DNA from: Azolla caroliniana
Taxonomy: Eukaryota > Plantae > Polypodiophyta
Length of the DNA: 64,000 nt
Direction: 5' to 3'
Assembly: GCA_043228905.1 (NCBI GenBank)
Contig: JBHGNT010000003.1
Span: forward strand, 11,222,001 to 11,286,000
This document shows, piece by piece, positions 57,723-64,000 of the stretch (position 1 is its first letter; the number at the start of each line of letters is the position of its first letter). The notes under the pieces are model-generated. The model saw only the letters and a list, made by a program, of their open reading frames with translations. It was not told where the DNA came from and ran no database searches. Made by a program: the position numbers and the translations under genes.

Positions 57723-60700
57723 ATGTCGTATGAAGAGGAGACATCGGTCGGTTGTAAGCGCCCTCGTACAAGGTCAGTTACGAAGGTAGTGCAGGAAGCG
57801 TTCATTGCGCAAGAACAGCCGGAATCAAGCACAAAGTGGTCGAAACTTCCTGACTTATCCGATCAATTACCTTCAGACGAAAAACAGACGGAAGAGGTAT
57901 CGTTTTACGACATTTGGGACGATATGCCTTATACTTATTCTAAGTTCTGGGAAGGAACAGATGCGGAAGCACATGTTAGGGATTTCTTAACGACATGGGA
58001 GATTAACCATGGAGCTCAGCGATTGTCGGCAGATGCCGAAGATAAGTCAAAAATCGCTGAGTTCGTCTTATCATTAGAAGGATATTCCGCCAATTGGTTT
58101 GCGCAGAACGGTCTTCAAGGATTTCCATCCTTTGAAGTGTTAACTAATAAATTTTTACAATTATTTCATCAACAAATTCCGCAGAAGGATTTGATTGCGC
58201 AATTTTATGCGTTATATGAAGAAAAAAAATGAAACAGTATCTCAGTTTGTGATACGATTTCAGAACTTACAGCTTCAGATTTCAAGGCCGATTCTGGATA
58301 ATGAATTAAAAGAAGTCTTTCTAGAAGCTGTAAAAGAACCATTAAGGACGACATTGAAAGTGTTCGATTTTCGAAATCAGACTATCGAACAAGTAATTGA
58401 TAAAGCAATAGAAATGGGTCGACCACCGGTCAATGTTCAAAGTATGGACATGTCGGCATTACAACGTACATTACCAACAATAGAGGAGTTACAATTTCGT
58501 CAAGCAGTTCAATGCACCACTTGTTTAAATACGGGGCATTCGGCAATTGAATGTACGTTAAGAACACATTGTACAATATGTTATTCAAAATTACATTCAG
58601 TAGAACAATGTGAATATAATCTGCTTAATAAAACCACGGCGTCAGTACGACAAATTTTTACTGACAATGGTTACCAAAATAACCCTAATCTGTTCAATGG
58701 TTATCAAAATAATAATTTTTCACAAAATCAGCAAAATGTACAACAAAATCCAACTTTTCAACAAAACCCGGTTCTACAGCCAATTCAGATCTTTTCACAA
58801 CAAAATATGCAACCCACTCAAGTAACTCAAGCATTTCAACCAGGTTTTGCTCAATCCAACCCACCATTCGTACAGAATCCGAATCAATATTTTCAACAAA
58901 ATAATCAAAGTTTCCAACAAGGTAACCCACCATTTCAAGGGTTTCAACAGAACTGTCCGAATGTGCAACCGAATTCTGCATTTCAACCAAATCCGGCATT
59001 TCAACCGGGTAATATGACCTTTCAACATAATACTCAAACCGTTCCACAAAATAATCAAATGTTCAACAGAATAATTTTCCGCCAAATCAAGAGTTCGGGA
59101 TAACACAAAATGTAGCGCAACCAAATGATAATACCGAACAATTTAGGCAGAATCGGTATAAAAATAAGAAATTTTACAAACCAAAAGCTACACGTCAATT
59201 CCAACAAAACCCGAGTGGTAATGAAGAGCAGCAATTTAATAACGGCCAATTTGCACATGGAGAGACCGGTGGAACATTTGTACCCACTTGTTATATTTGT
59301 CGACAACTAGGCCATTATGCTAATCAATGTCCGGTTAAAGGAAAGGGTCCAGCAGTTAATATGGTAATACCGGAAGTTCAGCAAGTAACGACACGCAGTA
59401 AAAGCAAACAATCAGAGTGGGAAATTCAGGAAGAAGTTCGGAAGGCGGCAAAAGAATGGGTTGACGAAGCAAATCAAAGTAATGTGAATCGAATGTTACA
59501 AGACAATAACATTGACCAGAACATCGTTGTACAACAATCATTGGGGAATAAGGAACAGGAAGAAACTTGGAAACTGTTGGCTGATTGCCAAGTGTCATTG
59601 CCACTTACAGGCTTACTTAAGTTAGTACCAAGGTTTACAGAAAAAGTGGCAGCATTAATTGCATATAAAGGTTCCGAACAAATAGCAGTACACTACAATC
59701 AGCCAAGTAATAACCCTTCGATCATGGATGAACAGAATCCGTCGATTAAAGTAATACTTTACGGGCAAGAAATCGGAAATGTGATTATAGATGGAGGCTC
59801 GGGAGTTAATGTGATTAACAAAGCTACATGTGAAAAACTAGGAATCACGGAATGGGAAGCATGTCCGTTTTGGTTACGAATGGCAGATACAAGTACGGTA
59901 CGACCGATTGGTTTGCTTCAACAACTGGATGTAATAATCGGGGGACACAGTTTTCAGATTTCGGCAGTAATTTTGCAGTTAGAAACACAGGGAGCATACC
60001 CCTTGTTATTGGGGAGACCATGGTTAAAGACACCTAATATCAAACAAAATTGGAAACAAAATGTGCTAACATTTAGGAAAGGAAAAACTAAGGTCAGGAT
60101 TCCGACGCACAACAAAGTGACAACAAGCAAACAGAGTTTACCGGTACATGCAGAAGCAGTTAATATGATGGAAGGATTGGACAAGGAAGAAGAAAGTCAG
60201 TATTTTAATGATAATCAGAAAATCATCCCTCTATTTGAGGTAGATATTTTGCAAGCATTAACACCATATGTAGACTCACACGAAGAAGTGCCAATAGATG
60301 AGCAAACAATGAAAGAAATACGAATGCAACAAGAAGCTACAGATAAGGAAATGAAGGTATCTCAGAGAGTGCAAGCCTCAGCATTAGAGGAGATCGATTT
60401 GGCAGGAGTAGAGGATGGTGAAAGAAAAACAGTCTTGATTGCTAGAGATTTGGCGGAAAATGACAAACGGACATTAACAACATTACTATTACAATATAAA
60501 GATGTTTTTGCATGGTCGTTTGACGATATGAAAGGTCTGGATCCCGCTTTTTGTTAACATCAGATCAATTTGCATAAAGATGCAAAGCCAGTACAACAAC
60601 GTAGGTACAGGTTGAATCCGAATTATGCTATCAAAGTAAAAGAAGAAATCGATAAACTCTTAAAAGTAGGATTTATTCGACCCGTCAAAAAATCAACATG

Positions 60701-63233
60701 GCTGAGTCCGATAGTAGTAGTCCCGAAAAAGAATGGGAAAATTCGCATATGTGTGGATTACAGAAAATTGAATGCAACGACAATTACGGATGCGTTTCCG
60801 TTGCCATTCACAGATGGGATATTAGATGCAGTAGCTGGACATGAAATTTATAGTTTCTTGGATGGGTTCAGTGGGTACAACCAAGTACGGATGAATCCGG
60901 AAGATCAGGAAAAGACAGCTTTTGTCACAGAATGGGGTGTCTTTGTGGCAGTAGTAATGATGTTCGGTTTAAAAACAGCTCCAGCTACATTTCAGCGGGT
61001 AATACAGGAAATATTCGGGGAATATATTCCAGCTTTCATGTAGGTGTTTTTAGATGATTTTGCGGTATATAGTCGGAAAGCTGATCATTTTGAGCATTTA
61101 CGGCTATGTTTAGAAAAATGTCGAAAAGGGCGTCTTAGCTTAAATCCAGCCAAATGCGCATTCGGAGTAATGAGTGGTACGTTACTTGGGCATATTGTCA
61201 GTCAAGAAGGGATTGCAGTGGACCCAGACAAAGTTAAAGCAATTATTGAGGCAACACCACCGACAAATGCTAAAGCTCTAAGTAGATTTTTGGGTCAAAT
61301 TCGGTGGCACAATAGAATGATGAGATATCTAGCAGACATTGCTATTCCGTTACACACAGCAGTACACAAAGTTCCTTTTATATGGACAAGTATAGAACAA
61401 GATGCATACGAATGTCTCATAAAGATGCTGACAAAGGTTCCGGTAGTCCAACCACCGGACTGGAACAAACCATTTCATGTTTTCGTCGATGCGTCGGACA
61501 TTGCCATAGGCAGTGCTTTAATGCAATTATCCGAACCAAACTGGTATAGGCCGGTATACTATGCCAGTAGGAAACTTTCGTCGGCCGAAAGAAACTATTC
61601 AACAACCGAAAGAGAAGCTTTGGGAATGATATATAGTGTGAACAAATTTCGACATTACCTTTTGGGTAAGAAATTTACATTTCATGTGGATCATTCGGCT
61701 CTACTGTATCTAGTTTCCAAACAAGAATTGACAGGCAAGTTAGCCAGATGGACGTTATTGCTTCAAGAGTTTGAATTCGACATTATACATCGACCAGGAG
61801 CACAGCACGCGATTGCTGACTATCTCAGTCGGCTTGAATCTGGAGAAGAAGCGGTTGGTGTTAAAGATGATTTTCCAGATACTCAATTATTTCGGGTTGA
61901 GGCAGTAAAAGCACAAGAAATGAATGAGGAAAAAGAGGATGAATGGATTTCCGAAATGACGATATTTCTATCAACAGGAATTCCGGCCGAACACATGTCG
62001 ACAGATGAAAGAAAAAGAATTGCAGTACGAAGTCGAAATTTTTGTTTATTTAATGACATGTTGTATCATAAAGGAGCAGATGGAATATGGCGAAGGGCAG
62101 TATGGAAATTTGAAAAAGTTGCCATATTAACAGAGTCACATTGTGGAATTGCTGGCGTTCATTACGCAGGAGAAGCAACAGCCAGAAAAATATGGAATAG
62201 CGGGTTATGGTGGCCAACGGTGATGAAAGATGCTAACGAATACTTTAAGAAATGCGATTTGTGTCAAAGAATGGGGCAACCGACCGAAAAGGATCGAATG
62301 CCTTTTCAACCGGTTTTACCTCTTGAGCCATTTCAGAAATGGGGCTTAGATTTTGTTGGCCCATTCAAACCAGCAGCTGCAAGAACCGGTAATCGATATA
62401 TCATAATTGCGACTGACTATTGCACAAAATGGGTTGAAGCAAAACCTCTCAGAGACAATACAGTAGTATCCACAGCAAAATTCCTGTATGAAAATATATG
62501 GTGTCGATTCGGTTGCCCAATAGAATTGGTAAGCGATCAAGGCACTCATTTTATTAACAAGTTAATTCACGAATTAACCAATTATTATGCCGTAGTTCAT
62601 AAGAAAAGTACGCCTTACTATCCCCAAGCTAATGGATTGGCAGAATCGACAAATAAAACAATTCAAACAATTTTAAAGAAGATAGTGAATGAAAATCATA
62701 CTGATTGGGATCAAAAGTTAAATAGTACATTATGGGCATATCGTACTTCGTACAAAACATCCATTAAATCAACACCTTTCCGAATGGCATTCGGACTTGA
62801 AGCTGTTATGCCAATCGAATTTCAAATTCCGACACTTCGTATCCAAGCGACGAATAAGTTAAATGAAATAGAATCGGAGCAGATACGCAAAGAGGCTTTA
62901 TTAGTATTAGAAGAAGAACGGATTCAATCAATGTCAGCACTAGAACACAAGCAGAGACAAATCAAGGCATTCGTAAATCGACATCGAAGGAAATCGGAAG
63001 AACAATTCGAAATTGGGAAACCGGTATTGGTATTCCAGACGAAAATGGGACTTATGCCTGGGAAACTCCGGTATAGATGGACAGGTCCAGTACGGATAAT
63101 TAATAGTAAAAATGGTACGTATCAGCTGGGATCATTAACCAGAGAGGTTTTACCGAAATGGGTAAATGGATTCCGGCTTAAACCGTATTTGGGAGATATG
63201 CCGGTAAACCCGTTTATTCAAACGGAAGAATAA
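57723..63233 (+). pseudogene. gag-pol: gag-pol of I, with frameshifts (A-run near 58225; near 59090) and stops (59308, 60555, 61041)
   Basis: Knuckles CTTCLNTGHSAIEC and CTICYSKLHSVEQC; IIDGGSGVN; VFLDD; 729-aa RT-RH-INT ORF at 61044-63233. Confidence 0.93.
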
Positions 63234-63657
63234 AATAAAATAAAATAAAATAAAATAAATAAAAAATAAAAAACTAACTAACTCACTCAATAGTTCTTGT
63301 CAAATGCAGAAATAGAATCTTGCCACAACAGTCTGAATCGACTATAAATAGAAAGAGGAATTGCATGATTATTAGTAAGTGGTACAACCACTACACGTAG
63401 AGTTAATACTAATTAATTCCTACATTAATAGCAATTACTATTCTTTAGTCATAATGCATAAATTAATATCTTTAAAGCATATTTCTGTATCTTCTGTGTC
63501 GCCAAAGCAACAGAAACGACTGCAGATCTCGAAACATTCTGAGCCTTCGTGCCCTAGCTCGCCCAAACTCTGTTTTTCTGATTTTCATCGCTACAGAAGC
63601 TGTGCAGATCTCCAACCGTCATCGACAAGTGATTCAGAACAAGCAAACACAGAAGTC

Positions 63658-64000
63658 ATGCCGATTCCTGTGTCTGAAGAACTGCAACTGTGGCTTTATG
63701 AGAGAAACTTACAAGGTTTCATCAAAGTAGCAGAAGCGGAACCTCATCCGCAGGCGGAAGAATTGGTACAACAATTAGACATCACCAAGGTCACCACAAA
63801 GAAAATACGAAAGGCATTACAGATGCCAAGAGGAGGCTTTGAGGCAGTTAAAAAACCTCCATCAGAAGCACTCCAATCGTATTTCGGGGAATACTCACCC
63901 TCGGCAAAAGCATATCAGACTTATGGAGGTCGGGATGAGTTTTTCCATGAAGTGGCTAGATTTTTACTAGAGGTGGGATTTGTCAGTCCCCGTTTTTATT
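63658..64000 (+). CDS. Extra 3' ORF of element I (partial, not in the ORF track)
   Basis: Manual translation MPIPVSEELQLWLYERNLQGFIKVAEAEPHP..YFGEYSPSAKAYQTYGG..FHEVARFLLEVGFVSPR aligns with the extra ORF of G. Confidence 0.85.
   Translation, partial: MPIPVSEELQLWLYERNLQGFIKVAEAEPHPQAEELVQQLDITKVTTKKIRKALQMPRGGFEAVKKPPSEALQSYFGEYSPSAKAYQTYGGRDEFFHEVARFLLEVGFVSPRFY

Larger units (their letters stand above)
57208..64000 (+). mobile_element. Element I: AT-rich relative of G (5' LTR, Arg PBS, gag-pol, extra ORF); runs out of the window
   Basis: LTR 57208-57663 (TGTTA..TAACA) with TATA CCTATAAAAGG; PBS TGGCACGCCCGGT at 57675-57687; left flank GTACG. Confidence 0.94.

Noticed and set aside
1-64000. 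Host protein-coding genes or prokaryotic defence systems
   Set aside because: All recognisable coding sequence is retroelement-derived.

Overview
The whole window is a nest of decayed LTR retrotransposons from a eukaryote, with no host gene, rRNA, intact tRNA or CRISPR array. A non-seed land plant such as a moss is likely; this is inferred from the plant-type tRNA primer sites and the Tcn1-like chromoviruses. Four lineages are present. (1) A Ty3/gypsy family with a tRNA-Trp PBS, TGTCGTG..CGACA LTR ends, protease motif DHGSEIN and RT motif PFLDD (elements A, E, F/F', H), plus a gag-only non-autonomous derivative (D) amplified as a head-to-tail array with a 2895-bp period. (2) Chromovirus-type gypsy elements (B, B', C, C'). 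(3) A tRNA-Arg-primed non-chromovirus gypsy family with a single gag-pol frame and a conserved extra 3' ORF (G, I). (4) A deleted Ty1/copia (J) with an intact 5-bp TSD. The most notable observations are these. Element G has an inverted tRNA-Arg primer site where the polypurine tract should be, suggesting tRNA priming of both strands. LTRs of two unrelated lineages carry antisense tRNA-like A/B-box modules with conserved spacing. A covarying -1 frameshift pseudoknot sits after the protease rather than after gag. The D array is LTR-sharing and near-identical. A ~440-bp fold-back LTR palindrome is linked to a segmental duplication. All boundaries and alignments were read by eye, and tRNA identities come from recalled plant tRNA 3' ends and need checking.
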